From: a virus
Lineage: Duplodnaviria > Caudoviricetes
Length of the DNA stretch: 54,271 nt
Virus record (IMG/VR): IMGVR_UViG_3300023172_000037
Location: 1-54,271 of that record
Direction: 5' to 3' (one strand)
Below the pieces are notes generated by a model, which was not told the origin of the DNA, ran no database searches, and saw only the letters and a list, made by a program, of their open reading frames with translations. Positions 37,760 through 47,400 of this stretch are shown one piece after another (position 1 is the stretch's first letter; every line of letters starts with the position of its first letter). The position numbers and the translations under genes are program-made.

Positions 37760-38151
37760 TGATCTTTCCTTATTTTTTGTACGTTAGCAGCATATTTTCC
37801 CATTTTAGGTTTAGAAGATCTTTTCTTATTAATCTCATCGGTGTACTGCGATGCCATAGGAGTTCCAACAGTCGCTCCCTTCTGAGAAGGATAAATCTGT
37901 TGCATATGATCTCTTTTGATCTTTTCCATTTCTTGATTTACCTGCGAAACTTCTTCAACTTCATCCTCAGAAGAAACTACAAGTCCAAGATCTTTGAGTT
38001 CTTGATAATACTTAAGTAGGATATCTTCTGTACGATCCATATCCTCTGCCAACGCTGAAGCCTGATCTTCGAAATCTTCGGAAGATTTAACAGTGTCTAA
38101 TACCTGCTGTTTCTCTTCAATTGATAATGCACCTCTTTTAGCCATATTCAT
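37756..38151 (-). CDS. hypothetical protein (N-terminal HTH-like)
   Basis: RGALSIEEK...LAEDMDRT. Confidence 0.55.
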   Translation of the reverse strand: MNMAKRGALSIEEKQQVLDTVKSSEDFEDQASALAEDMDRTEDILLKYYQELKDLGLVVSSEDEVEEVSQVNQEMEKIKRDHMQQIYPSQKGATVGTPMASQYTDEINKKRSSKPKMGKYAANVQKIRKDQ

Positions 38152-38498
38152 CTCCTCTGGTTAATATCTTCTCTTTTTGCTTTAATTAAATAGATATCTT
38201 TTCTTGTTTTAAGATATTCAAAATACAAATCAAACACTTCCTTATCTACCTTTTTGTAAGGATATAGTTGAATTGTTGACTTGGTAATTTGTCTGACCCC
38301 GTAGGGATCATAGATATCTCCTTCACTTTTTCTCAAATAAAATGTATACTTTTCTTCTCCATCCTTTTTAACTGCTGACAATTTAGCTACAGCAGTAAAA
38401 TCGTCATCAACGATCTCTCTGTTTTTATTATAGTAAAAAACGGCAGACTCTTCATCAGGACGGAAAGATTTTGCCTTTTCTGACACAGATTCACTCAT
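38148..38498 (-). CDS. hypothetical protein
   Basis: 116-aa coupled ORF. Confidence 0.6.
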   Translation of the reverse strand: MSESVSEKAKSFRPDEESAVFYYNKNREIVDDDFTAVAKLSAVKKDGEEKYTFYLRKSEGDIYDPYGVRQITKSTIQLYPYKKVDKEVFDLYFEYLKTRKDIYLIKAKREDINQRR

Positions 38499-38706
38499 TT
38501 AGTTTCTCCAATTTTTCTTTTAGGTTCTCAATACACTTTTTCTGGTTGAATCCCTCAACTTTCATGGAAGCTTTTGTTGTGATTCCATGTTCCCTCATCT
38601 CGTCCATTGTCATTATAGTAGGATGAAGAGATCCATCAGAAAGTTTTTGGTGTATTTTGATGTCAAACGTAATAATTGCACAATGCGGTGCGGTTGTATC
38701 TGTCAT
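38491..38706 (-). CDS. hypothetical protein
   Basis: 71-aa ORF with AAGGAG RBS. Confidence 0.6.
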   Translation of the reverse strand: MTDTTAPHCAIITFDIKIHQKLSDGSLHPTIMTMDEMREHGITTKASMKVEGFNQKKCIENLKEKLEKLNE

Positions 38707-38763
38707 TTTCGTACTCCTTAGTACACATTTAAAATAGGTTTAGCAAGTAAAAAAGGGGGAATT

Positions 38764-38958
38764 TTAGAAATCACCCATAAAATCGTACCTCATATCCCAA
38801 GAAACGCAACATTTTGTGCATGTAAGTACTTGATAGGGTGTTCCTCCTAATTTTATTCCTTTATCTGCTGTAATATGCTTTGTATCGTTACAATGGGGGC
38901 AAATAGGTAGTTGAGTAGATAAACAACTAGGAGGGAGATTAAGGTAATTTTCCTTCAT
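38764..38958 (-). CDS. small zinc-ribbon protein
   Basis: CPHC...CTKC. Confidence 0.5.
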   Translation of the reverse strand: MKENYLNLPPSCLSTQLPICPHCNDTKHITADKGIKLGGTPYQVLTCTKCCVSWDMRYDFMGDF

Positions 38959-39271
38959 GGATATACGTTTCCTTCTGTTTTGGGGTAAGGCTTGCTAATT
39001 TATATTGATGCCTCATTTCCTCTCTCGCTTGATTCTTAGCGGCACTTCCATCAGCAATCATTCTATCTTCTTTTTCATATCTACCCATTTTTTTCGTATT
39101 AGCGTCTGCAAGAGCACCGATAGTCGATGGATCTCCCTTTACTGAATTAGCGGATAAAAGCAACGTCGCTTTTTTGTCACATTCAGGACACTTGACTTTA
39201 TTTCTCTCATTTATTTTGGCGAGTTCTTCAAAGTCTCCACAATTCTCGCATCTGTAATCATAAAAAGGCAT
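38939..39271 (-). CDS. FmdB family zinc-ribbon protein
   Basis: MPFYDYRCENCG..FE...CPEC. Confidence 0.8.
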   Translation of the reverse strand: MPFYDYRCENCGDFEELAKINERNKVKCPECDKKATLLLSANSVKGDPSTIGALADANTKKMGRYEKEDRMIADGSAAKNQAREEMRHQYKLASLTPKQKETYIHEGKLP

Positions 39272-39323
39272 CAGGATATTTCTCCTTTACAACTTTATCT
39301 TCAATATTCATTACAATCTCCAC

Positions 39324-39354
39324 AAAAAAAACCCGCCCTTAGAAAGAACGGGTT
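39324..39354 (-). terminator. intrinsic terminator after phoH
   Basis: AACCCGTTCTT/AAGGGCGGGTT stem followed by a T run. Confidence 0.8.
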
Positions 39355-39361
39355 CGTATAC

Positions 39362-39390
39362 ATTATAGTCGGCTCGTAAACCTTTTTCAA
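39362..39390 (-). promoter_or_regulatory. sigma70-type promoter
   Basis: TTGAAA, 17-nt spacer, TATAAT. Confidence 0.7.
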
Positions 39391-40061
39391 AGAAAATCGA
39401 TAATTTTCCCCACAATACCGCTTCTCACGATATCTTCCCTTGTTAATTCAACGTGAGAGACGCCCTCTACGTGATTTATTCTACCGATAGCCTTCTCAAG
39501 ACCACTGTCTTCTTTTATTAAATCGACTTGGGTAGTGTCGCCACTCAAAACAGCAACTGAGTTCATCCCGATCCTAGTCAAGAAGTTTTTGATCTGACCA
39601 TATTCTGCATTTTGTGCTTCATCTAGAATCATGAAAGTATTATGATAGTTTCGGCCTCTCATTGTTTCAAGTGGACATATCTTAATAATTCCTCGATCTT
39701 GAAAATCCCTTAATTGATTAAACGTTAGATACAATCCAAGTTCTTCTAAAATAGGTTCAAGATAAGGGTGAATTTTTTGCTTTTCGTCTCCGGGTAAAAA
39801 ACCAAGTTTTCTACCACACTCCACAATCGGTCTCGTGATAAGTATCCTTGATATATTTATTTCAGGATCTAAAAGATATTCACATGCGGTTCCTGCGGAT
39901 ATCGTTGTCTTTCCGGTTCCTGCTGGTCCAGTACAAAACACAATTTCTGAACTATCGATAGCATCTATAAAATCTTCCTGCCCTTTTGTTTTTGCTGTTA
40001 CTTTTCCTCTACTTGGTTTTTCGTCTGACTTTCTATACTTCTTATTTTTACGATTTGTCAT
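39387..40061 (-). CDS. phoH: PhoH-like ATPase
   Basis: GPAGTGKT, LGFLPG, MRGR, ILDEAQN, TRIG, GDTTQVD, DIVRS. Confidence 0.95.
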   Translation of the reverse strand: MTNRKNKKYRKSDEKPSRGKVTAKTKGQEDFIDAIDSSEIVFCTGPAGTGKTTISAGTACEYLLDPEINISRILITRPIVECGRKLGFLPGDEKQKIHPYLEPILEELGLYLTFNQLRDFQDRGIIKICPLETMRGRNYHNTFMILDEAQNAEYGQIKNFLTRIGMNSVAVLSGDTTQVDLIKEDSGLEKAIGRINHVEGVSHVELTREDIVRSGIVGKIIDFL

Positions 40062-41137
40062 TAATATGTACCACTTTGGATTAAATTGAGAACTGAAGAA
40101 TTTACATAAGGAACAAAATCATGTCTCCTATTTGAGAACGTCATTGAAAACTCCGATCTTCCATCAGGAGCAGTAGCTAGGGGTGTTGTGTAAGATGATA
40201 TAAAATTCTTACTCCCAAAATCCCAGACATAATAATCGGTTCCTAATAATCCAACGATTTTAAGTTGATAATCAGGAGAGGGGTAAGTTGAGAAGTTTTC
40301 ATCAGAAACAGCCTTGGTAAAATCTGATTGTCTAGCTATTCCGGTAATAGCACATTCCACTGTAGTATTAGAAACAAAACGCCACTTGTTCTGTTCAGAA
40401 GCGGTAACAGATCCTCTAGGTCTCCCTTGATCGCTTAGTTCTCCATAATCAATTGATAAAGCCATTTCAATAGAAGTTAAGGCGTACTTTCCATGCTCGC
40501 TATCTCTTCCGTTAGTATCGTTCCAGCTATTGTCGAAAATAGAGGTAAGAATAGTTGGAAAAACACAGGAACCAATCTCAATGTTGTGTGACCTAAGTGG
40601 GTTTAAGGTCTCTGGAAAACTAGGGAGAGATAACGCCCCTAAAGAACTATCACTCGTTACGGTTTGATTTCTGGTCGTAAGGTTGACAGTCTCGTTTATT
40701 ATTCCTCTATCGCTAATTGAATAAGAAATTCCAGTCAATAGACAGTACTCAAAAGTATCGAGTGAAACGTAATTCGAAGCGTTTGCTCCCAAGTACGCAT
40801 CATCATCACTCCCCCATATGACCTGAACTTTGTATTCTTTGAGAGAATCCCAACCACTCATCCCAATATTTGAATTAGCAAGTAAAAAAGTAGAGGCATA
40901 ATTTGTTAGGCTTGCTGGCTGATAGAAAAATTGAGCGATATCACCAATAACTCTTGTGATTGTAATATCTATATTATTATTGGGAGATATAAATACATTA
41001 CTGGATTGAATTCTCCCTGTATCATTCGGTGAAGAATTCTCAATTGATGTTGGCCTTTCTACGCTCTGTACGCCAGATAGCCAAGTATCATCTATTAAAA
41101 CACCTAAAGCGTTATATCTTTGTATTGTATTTACCAT
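40061..41137 (-). CDS. putative virion structural protein (tail-tube-like)
   Basis: S/T/N-rich beta-type composition; GVQSV motif; TAATG coupling to nrdJ. Confidence 0.45.
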   Translation of the reverse strand: MVNTIQRYNALGVLIDDTWLSGVQSVERPTSIENSSPNDTGRIQSSNVFISPNNNIDITITRVIGDIAQFFYQPASLTNYASTFLLANSNIGMSGWDSLKEYKVQVIWGSDDDAYLGANASNYVSLDTFEYCLLTGISYSISDRGIINETVNLTTRNQTVTSDSSLGALSLPSFPETLNPLRSHNIEIGSCVFPTILTSIFDNSWNDTNGRDSEHGKYALTSIEMALSIDYGELSDQGRPRGSVTASEQNKWRFVSNTTVECAITGIARQSDFTKAVSDENFSTYPSPDYQLKIVGLLGTDYYVWDFGSKNFISSYTTPLATAPDGRSEFSMTFSNRRHDFVPYVNSSVLNLIQSGTY

Positions 41138-43350
41138 TATGTATATATAACCTCGCAACTACCACCTGCACAGGCACTCTCACCTTTGTAGTTGGTAGAA
41201 TCTTCTTCTTCAATAACCTCTGTATAGTCAACGCTTTTATATTCACGTTTCAACTCTGTCCACATTTTATAGTTGTAAACATCTTTCATCGCATAGGTCA
41301 ATTTCTTAACATCATCGTCAAAATAGTTTCTAGCATATCTTTCACAACGCTCTTTCCATTCTCTTTTTGCTTCTCCCCTAATTTGCTTTCCTATGCCTAG
41401 CAAGTCGTCACACGCTTGCCATAGGTTATCTTCCCACAACTCTAAAGCTTTATCAATTAATCCGCTCACAAACATGATTCCATCCCCGTAATAAGCCACC
41501 TGTTCTGAGGGGAGATAGATTGTAGTAAATGGAGCTTGTGGATAATCCTTATCTCCAGTTGAGGCTAGGAGACTGATACCACAAAAGTAATCTCTGTTTT
41601 TATAAATGAAATCGGAAACCTCATCCCACTCTTCAGGTTTAACGTTGATAGTATTAGAAACATTATGTCTGAGATATGGCTTTACGCAAAGGTCTTCATT
41701 CGTTCCAGCAATCACCCAATTCTTTTGAGTTGATTTTACTATATTAAGTAGGTCGATAGCACTGATTTGGTTCTTCGTCTTGGAACCATCTGGCACTTCT
41801 ACACAGAAATTAATCTGATCTGATCGACCATTTCCCCAAACACTTTCTTCACAGGCAATAGGGTTTTTACTTTTAAAGTGCTGGTAAATAGGTTCGTTTT
41901 TGTTGGCTTGAATCCTACGGATATACCTCTTCGCATGATGAGGATGGATACCAGAAGATGTTCCAAGCATACAACTTGTTGACCCCTCTGGTTTAATACA
42001 GGTCAGTCTTGCTGCTCTATTAACACCAATCAGTTCTGCAACCTCTGCATTAACATCTTTAGCATACTTAGCTAGCTTTCGTTGAACCTTTTCATCTAAA
42101 CATATCTCCGACTTCTCCATTATTCCTGTCATAGATAAGCCAAGCAGTGCTTCACGCCTAAAAATTCTTTCACTTGCTTCGGTGAAATACGAGAAATCTG
42201 TAAAGCCAGCCTGAAGAGTTCCTATAATAGTAACAGCTTTTATAGCTTGTTTTAAATCTTCTTCATCTTTGATTTTTGATGTGTTTACTGTGGATAGGTT
42301 ACATCCTTGCCAGCCAGATTGTCCAGTCTCCTCATCAACTGGATACATCCCAATTTCCACACAAGGGTTAAATCCAATTTCTGTAGAATCTGCCCACACA
42401 AATCCCGGCTCTCCGTATTGTTTAACTGATTCGATAAATTTCAGGAACTCTTCTTTAGAGGTTTCGCCTCTTAGTAACAACGCTGAGTTGTTCGATCTTC
42501 CTCTTTGTGGATTTTCAGCCAACCAGTTACCAGTTTTTGCATTCATCATCTCTTCATCATCTTTAGAGAAGATAGCAATAGTTGCCGATCTTCTAACTCC
42601 ACCAGCAAGAACAGCGTCTGCTGAATGCATTACGATATCGTAAACTTCTATAGGCTTAAGTTTTTTAAGTTTCTTCGAAGCGAACTGAGATTCTTCAAGT
42701 GCCTTATCCAAAATAGCTCGAATTTTTCGATGAGCTTCTTTTAATGGGTCTGGTCCCGGTGCTTTTCCTCCACTGGATATTGGACTATTTTCTGGTCGAA
42801 TATTGGTATAATCAAAGGATACGTTTTTGCCACAATATTCTTTCCAAAGTTCAGAGTCACGAAAGTAGCTACATACCAATACGCCAATTGAATCGGCCCA
42901 TCCTTCAATGGAGTCTTCGATAACAAAGGTTTTCTTACCAGATTTTGATGAGATAAGTGTAGGTAATTTTTCTACGTGATGTTTCTGAACAGAAAACCCT
43001 ACGCCACATCCACACAATAAAGCATACATGCATTCTTGAAAAAATCTAGGGCGATCAACAAATGAGGTTAGGCAATTGTATATTCTAAGGTTTTTCTTGA
43101 GAGTTGGCTCACCACCGAATTGCAAGGCTCTCTGTGATCCTAGAACCTTCTTTTTACGCATCATATCGTAAGCAAAATCAATATATTCTAAAAGAAGAGG
43201 GTTTGACTCGATATCTTCTTTATATTTCTCAAGCATCATTCCCTTGACTCTATCAACACTTTCGCCCCAAACTTCTCTTCTCTTCTTTTCGGGAATCCAT
43301 TTCGCGTACTTTGCAGAATATGTATAATCCCTCATCGCTTTTAATGACAT
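41137..43350 (-). CDS. nrdJ: class II (adenosylcobalamin) ribonucleotide reductase
   Basis: YNC, GCGVGFS, GGVRRSA, GEPG, NPCVEI, CNL, TCIKPEG, C-terminal CAGGSCE; no ATP cone. Confidence 0.92.
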   Translation of the reverse strand: MSLKAMRDYTYSAKYAKWIPEKKRREVWGESVDRVKGMMLEKYKEDIESNPLLLEYIDFAYDMMRKKKVLGSQRALQFGGEPTLKKNLRIYNCLTSFVDRPRFFQECMYALLCGCGVGFSVQKHHVEKLPTLISSKSGKKTFVIEDSIEGWADSIGVLVCSYFRDSELWKEYCGKNVSFDYTNIRPENSPISSGGKAPGPDPLKEAHRKIRAILDKALEESQFASKKLKKLKPIEVYDIVMHSADAVLAGGVRRSATIAIFSKDDEEMMNAKTGNWLAENPQRGRSNNSALLLRGETSKEEFLKFIESVKQYGEPGFVWADSTEIGFNPCVEIGMYPVDEETGQSGWQGCNLSTVNTSKIKDEEDLKQAIKAVTIIGTLQAGFTDFSYFTEASERIFRREALLGLSMTGIMEKSEICLDEKVQRKLAKYAKDVNAEVAELIGVNRAARLTCIKPEGSTSCMLGTSSGIHPHHAKRYIRRIQANKNEPIYQHFKSKNPIACEESVWGNGRSDQINFCVEVPDGSKTKNQISAIDLLNIVKSTQKNWVIAGTNEDLCVKPYLRHNVSNTINVKPEEWDEVSDFIYKNRDYFCGISLLASTGDKDYPQAPFTTIYLPSEQVAYYGDGIMFVSGLIDKALELWEDNLWQACDDLLGIGKQIRGEAKREWKERCERYARNYFDDDVKKLTYAMKDVYNYKMWTELKREYKSVDYTEVIEEEDSTNYKGESACAGGSCEVIYT

Positions 43351-43405
43351 TGTTTACCTCGTTGTTATTATCTTCGTCTGTACATACATTTTAGTAAAGT
43401 AGGTA

Positions 43406-43415
43406 ATTATACACA
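43406..43415 (-). promoter_or_regulatory. extended -10 type promoter motif upstream of nrdJ
   Basis: TGTGTATAAT with no recognisable -35. Confidence 0.55.
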
Positions 43416-43448
43416 AAAAAAACTCGTTTCAGAAAGAAAAAAGCAAAT

Positions 43449-43476
43449 AAAAAAGGCCGCTCACGGTGAGCGACCT
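43449..43476 (-). terminator. intrinsic terminator
   Basis: AGGTCGCTCA/TGAGCGGCCT stem followed by a T run. Confidence 0.85.
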
Positions 43477-43495
43477 TCGTATGCGTTTACACGCT

Positions 43496-43663
43496 TTATT
43501 TATCTATAGTTATCTTGAATCCTTTTTTACAGGAAACGGTAATCTGTTTATCGTTTTCAACAAAATCAAATTGATCTATTATGCTTTTGATAATTTCCGC
43601 TTCCTTTTCATCAACTCCAAAATAACTAAGAACCGTCTTAATTATCGAGTTTGTTATACCCAT
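43496..43663 (-). CDS. small hypothetical protein
   Basis: Start MGITNS at ATG 43663. Confidence 0.5.
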   Translation of the reverse strand: MGITNSIIKTVLSYFGVDEKEAEIIKSIIDQFDFVENDKQITVSCKKGFKITIDK

Positions 43664-43838
43664 CTTTAGGCTCCGTGACTTTAGGTTTAGCTTCAGCACG
43701 AGATACAGGAGCGTCCACTTTAGCCATTTCGCAAACTTTAACAATATCTTCATAGGTCACATTAGAGTCACTAGAGATGTAACGTGCTCCTCCTCTTTTG
43801 CTATCGGCCCACGCTTTAACTTTGTCAACAACGTTCAT
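43638..43838 (-). CDS. small hypothetical protein
   Basis: 66-aa ORF with GAGG RBS. Confidence 0.55.
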   Translation of the reverse strand: MNVVDKVKAWADSKRGGARYISSDSNVTYEDIVKVCEMAKVDAPVSRAEAKPKVTEPKDGYNKLDN

Positions 43839-43840
43839 TA

Positions 43841-44086
43841 TTATTCACCCTCGCTATTATCTTTTAACCATCTTTGAACAGCTTCAAGAAAGGCGATTGC
43901 TAGTGGTCCGACAACTCCCCAACTAACGTCCTGTAACATTCCAGTCGCTACAGCAATAGCGGAAACGATACCGGCAATTGCGGCAGTTCTCAAAACCTTT
44001 AGTACGTCTTTTTTATTGATAGTCCCGAAAGGCGAATCTGATGCACCAAAACTACCAACCAAGATTTTCCAAATATTATTTATCAT
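43841..44086 (-). CDS. holin-like membrane protein
   Basis: Two hydrophobic helices and a charged C-terminus (RWLKDN). Confidence 0.5.
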   Translation of the reverse strand: MINNIWKILVGSFGASDSPFGTINKKDVLKVLRTAAIAGIVSAIAVATGMLQDVSWGVVGPLAIAFLEAVQRWLKDNSEGE

Positions 44087-44438
44087 TATTTGCCTCTTCT
44101 TTTAGTTTGTTTATATCTCTCTCAAGAGTATAGAGTCTCTTTTCCGTTTCTAGCTTCCAAGTCTCCCAATCTTTAGACGCAAAGTTCCAAGGGGAATTTT
44201 CTATGATGATACTCTTAATATCCTCTTTCCCCAACACTTTTCTGTCCAAAGCATTGACAGCGGCTAAAACTTCTGAGGGTTTAGTAATTTCAAGTTCTTT
44301 TCTAACTTCTGCCATTTGTACTTGAGTATTTTGCAGTGTTGATGCTACCCAAACTAAAACGGCAGTTACTATACCCATTAAGCCTCTACCAAACCAAAGT
44401 TCAACCTTAGAGACTTGGACGATTTGTTGATCAATCAT
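44076..44438 (-). CDS. membrane-anchored coiled-coil protein
   Basis: GLMGIVTAVLVWVA TM segment followed by a coiled coil; GGAGG RBS. Confidence 0.6.
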   Translation of the reverse strand: MIDQQIVQVSKVELWFGRGLMGIVTAVLVWVASTLQNTQVQMAEVRKELEITKPSEVLAAVNALDRKVLGKEDIKSIIIENSPWNFASKDWETWKLETEKRLYTLERDINKLKEEANNDK

Positions 44439-44456
44439 CTTTACCTCCGGTTATTA

Positions 44457-45143
44457 TTATATTCCAGTAATTTCAGCGTAGTCGTAGTTGTTACCAGAAG
44501 TAGCAACAGCGTAGTCTACGAAGTCTACCAAGAATACAAGTTCACCCGGAATTGCTCTAGTTGGAATAGCTCCATCTGCTGGCTTATCAGTCGCATTACC
44601 ATCGACAAGATCCCACATAAATGTAGTACTTAGTGTAGATGGAGTTCCTGCTGCTGTAAGAGCAGCATTTAGCCAGTTACTACGTGAAGCAATAACAGCA
44701 CCGTTCTTGTCACGACCAGTATAGCTAAATCTATGTGCTCTCCAAGCGGTTAGCAACTTAGCTCCAAAGTCGTGCTGAAACTCGTTAATAGAACGCACGT
44801 GATTATCTGCACCCATGAACAACAGAGTATTGTCAGATACTCCAGAAATTGATGTGCTACCACGTGAGAATAGATATGTCTCTGATCCTAGAGTAGACGC
44901 ATTATAAGCAAACGTACCAGCCGTAAGAGGCTTGTGAGTCTTATAAATGTGTGTGCCAGAATCGAACTCTTGTGGAAGAGTTTTAATGTCTTTATCGTCT
45001 GCAAGTGCATCGATAATCAAAAAACTTTTTGTCAAACTTCCAGCACCTGCTGGAGAGTTCATAATAGTACCACCGTAAGTTTGCTTAGTAAAACTTCCAC
45101 CTGAAGTGTTGTTTACGTGACTATTATTTGATGGTGTAGTCAT
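44457..45143 (-). CDS. putative virion structural protein
   Basis: G/T/S/A-rich; TRAIPGELVF near the C-terminus; GGAGG RBS. Confidence 0.5.
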   Translation of the reverse strand: MTTPSNNSHVNNTSGGSFTKQTYGGTIMNSPAGAGSLTKSFLIIDALADDKDIKTLPQEFDSGTHIYKTHKPLTAGTFAYNASTLGSETYLFSRGSTSISGVSDNTLLFMGADNHVRSINEFQHDFGAKLLTAWRAHRFSYTGRDKNGAVIASRSNWLNAALTAAGTPSTLSTTFMWDLVDGNATDKPADGAIPTRAIPGELVFLVDFVDYAVATSGNNYDYAEITGI

Positions 45144-45216
45144 AGGACTTTCCTCCAATAAATAATTTCTATTTTTTCCGTTGTTTCCTAATAAAAAAGT
45201 CCTACTTTCCTACTCT

Positions 45217-45230
45217 ATTATACACATTTA
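45217..45230 (-). promoter_or_regulatory. extended -10 type promoter motif
   Basis: TAAATGTGTATAAT; shares TGTGTATAAT with 43406-43415. Confidence 0.55.
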
Positions 45231-45242
45231 GCATTAAAAACA

Positions 45243-45713
45243 CTAATTTTTTAGTTTTTCTATGCAATTATCGTACTTTTTCATAATTTTATAGAGTGTC
45301 GTATTGTGTTTCTTGGAAAGTTCCGTAAAGGTTTTTCCATTGACGACACGATCAAAAACAAGCTCTTTCTCGCTACTTTTTAGTCCGTCAAGAATCTCGT
45401 TAATGCTTGGATTATTAGATCTATAATCCATAAAAACATCATCGTTTACGCTTCTTTTTTTGCCCTCACTTTTTGTTTTCTCGCATAGCTTTCTAAGGTT
45501 ATTGTTGAGAGAGTTATACAGATAGGTACTGACTTTACCTCTTTTCCCATTGTGTAATCTCCAAACTCTAAATAGAGTATATCCGATCTCAGATTCAAGA
45601 TCCTGAGGATCTAGGTATCTGCTATATTTTTCGCTAGCTCTATAAACCATAGCTTTTATTTGTTCGTCATTACGCATTTCCTCAAAACTAGAAAAATTCT
45701 CAAGATTCGACAT
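45243..45713 (-). CDS. sigma-70-like RNA polymerase sigma factor (regions 2 and 4)
   Basis: QDLESE..LFR...GKVSTYLYNSLNN (region 2); LKSSEKELV...GKTFTELSK (region 4 HTH). Confidence 0.7.
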   Translation of the reverse strand: MSNLENFSSFEEMRNDEQIKAMVYRASEKYSRYLDPQDLESEIGYTLFRVWRLHNGKRGKVSTYLYNSLNNNLRKLCEKTKSEGKKRSVNDDVFMDYRSNNPSINEILDGLKSSEKELVFDRVVNGKTFTELSKKHNTTLYKIMKKYDNCIEKLKN

Positions 45714-46071
45714 ACTTTGTAACCTCATCTATTACCCTTTCTTTAACTTTTTTAGTATCAAACAGTTTACCAAAACCAATGAAAAAGGAGTAGTTACCTA
45801 AAATATCTAACCCCTCTACCCCCTCTATATTACTTACGATATCCAAAAACTCTCCGGTTCCTATATCAAAATCAGTATAGCAAACAAAACAATCCCAACG
45901 TTTCGAAGGTCTCATCGGGTCGTCTTTATGATATGGGCCAACTGGAGTAAAAACAACACTCTTTGCGTCTAAGTCTATTATTTTATCAAACGAGATTTCA
46001 TTATCGTTTTCTATTTCGCTCAATGCCTGATGTTCAAGTTCGGCATTCCAGCTTTTCCAAACTAATTTCAT
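45700..46071 (-). CDS. hypothetical protein
   Basis: 123-aa coupled ORF. Confidence 0.65.
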   Translation of the reverse strand: MKLVWKSWNAELEHQALSEIENDNEISFDKIIDLDAKSVVFTPVGPYHKDDPMRPSKRWDCFVCYTDFDIGTGEFLDIVSNIEGVEGLDILGNYSFFIGFGKLFDTKKVKERVIDEVTKYVES

Positions 46072-46364
46072 TGAAGATATTCTCCTCTCCTTACGGCATC
46101 AATCGGAGTAATGATTCTCTTCCTTTTATTGTAGGCTTCCGTAACTAGGCTTTTTATTAGCGTCTCTGCTCCACTAATATTATTACTATCATAATAACTG
46201 CTCGACTCTTCAATTAAAGTATCCACAGTCTTTTCGTCATATATGCCAATTATCAATGAGGCGGCGTCTAAAGGATCTCTCGTGTTTTTTATTTCACAAG
46301 AAATGGTTCCACATTCATGCAGCCTAAAACTTAATGTAGGTAGGTTTTCTATTGCTTCATCCAT
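46068..46364 (-). CDS. hypothetical protein
   Basis: 98-aa ORF. Confidence 0.55.
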   Translation of the reverse strand: MDEAIENLPTLSFRLHECGTISCEIKNTRDPLDAASLIIGIYDEKTVDTLIEESSSYYDSNNISGAETLIKSLVTEAYNKRKRIITPIDAVRRGEYLQ

Positions 46365-46842
46365 TACTGATCACCCAAGCTACAGCTTTAGAGATTTCAC
46401 TCAATTCGTCTATCTCTTCCTTTTTTAAGATTTTGTAGTTACCGTCAGGAGAAATGGCAATTTTGAAGAGGTTTTTTATTGACTCAGTAAACCCTTCATA
46501 CCTTTTCTCAAAAGAAACTAAACTTCCATATTCGTTGAAAGAATCAACTAAGTGTTCGAAAACCTCTTGATTAGCTGCCCCCTCTTGAATCTTTTTGACG
46601 TTCTGAGAAAACTCATTAAAGAATATAGCAAGCTTAACTCTATCGAAATCCGAATAGTTAAAATCGTCAATCTTACTTTCTTTCACTATCTCAAGAGTTT
46701 CTTCGTCAGGAGTTGGAATATTGACAACCGCAGAGACTTTAGTCAAATTATCAACTAAGACTGTACCATAGTCAACTATCGGTCCTCTATAATAAAATAG
46801 AATCAGGAGTATTCCTAAAAATCCTCTAAACTTACTATTCAT
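46357..46842 (-). CDS. membrane-anchored hypothetical protein
   Basis: N-terminal FLGILLILFYY TM segment. Confidence 0.6.
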   Translation of the reverse strand: MNSKFRGFLGILLILFYYRGPIVDYGTVLVDNLTKVSAVVNIPTPDEETLEIVKESKIDDFNYSDFDRVKLAIFFNEFSQNVKKIQEGAANQEVFEHLVDSFNEYGSLVSFEKRYEGFTESIKNLFKIAISPDGNYKILKKEEIDELSEISKAVAWVISNG

Positions 46843-47117
46843 TATTCCTCCTCATTTAACAATGGAAAAACCTTATCAAGAGCAGCAAGTGCCTTCGTCT
46901 TTTCTCCTCTTTCAAGGCATGAGTGTAGGGCAGTAAACTTACTAACTGCATCTACAAGATTATAATGACTAGCTTCTGGATCAACCATCACTTCGTCATC
47001 AGTGCTTTTTATTTTGCTAATCTTATCCTTCATAAAACTAAAGATTTTACCAAAAGGCACAAAACTAGAAAGAATTAACAATCCACCACCAACTAAAACA
47101 ATAACATCAAGGTTCAT
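46842..47117 (-). CDS. membrane-anchored hypothetical protein
   Basis: Start MNLDVIVLVGGGLLILSSF; GGAG RBS. Confidence 0.6.
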   Translation of the reverse strand: MNLDVIVLVGGGLLILSSFVPFGKIFSFMKDKISKIKSTDDEVMVDPEASHYNLVDAVSKFTALHSCLERGEKTKALAALDKVFPLLNEEE

Positions 47118-47400
47118 ATCTCGCTCCTGTATTTTCTGATTTGCATTTACATTCTCCACTGGCTAAACACAGGCAAGGAGTTTTATGTCCGTCTCCATGA
47201 GTTATAACACCACTGCCGTCACAAGGGCAATCTTCAATATCTAATTCAGCAAACTTTTCAGTAAAAGAATCCGCTATTACCATAACAGCATCTTTCTGAT
47301 ACATATCAATTTGCTCTTGGGTAATTCCCGGTTGCTTCACTAAAAAACCGAAAACAAATAGTAGAATTATACCAGCACTTATAAAAATATCTTTTTTCAT
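47107..47400 (-). CDS. secreted/membrane Cys-rich small protein
   Basis: Signal/TM segment, then CPCDGSG..GDGHKTPCLC...CKC. Confidence 0.6.
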   Translation of the reverse strand: MKKDIFISAGIILLFVFGFLVKQPGITQEQIDMYQKDAVMVIADSFTEKFAELDIEDCPCDGSGVITHGDGHKTPCLCLASGECKCKSENTGARYEP

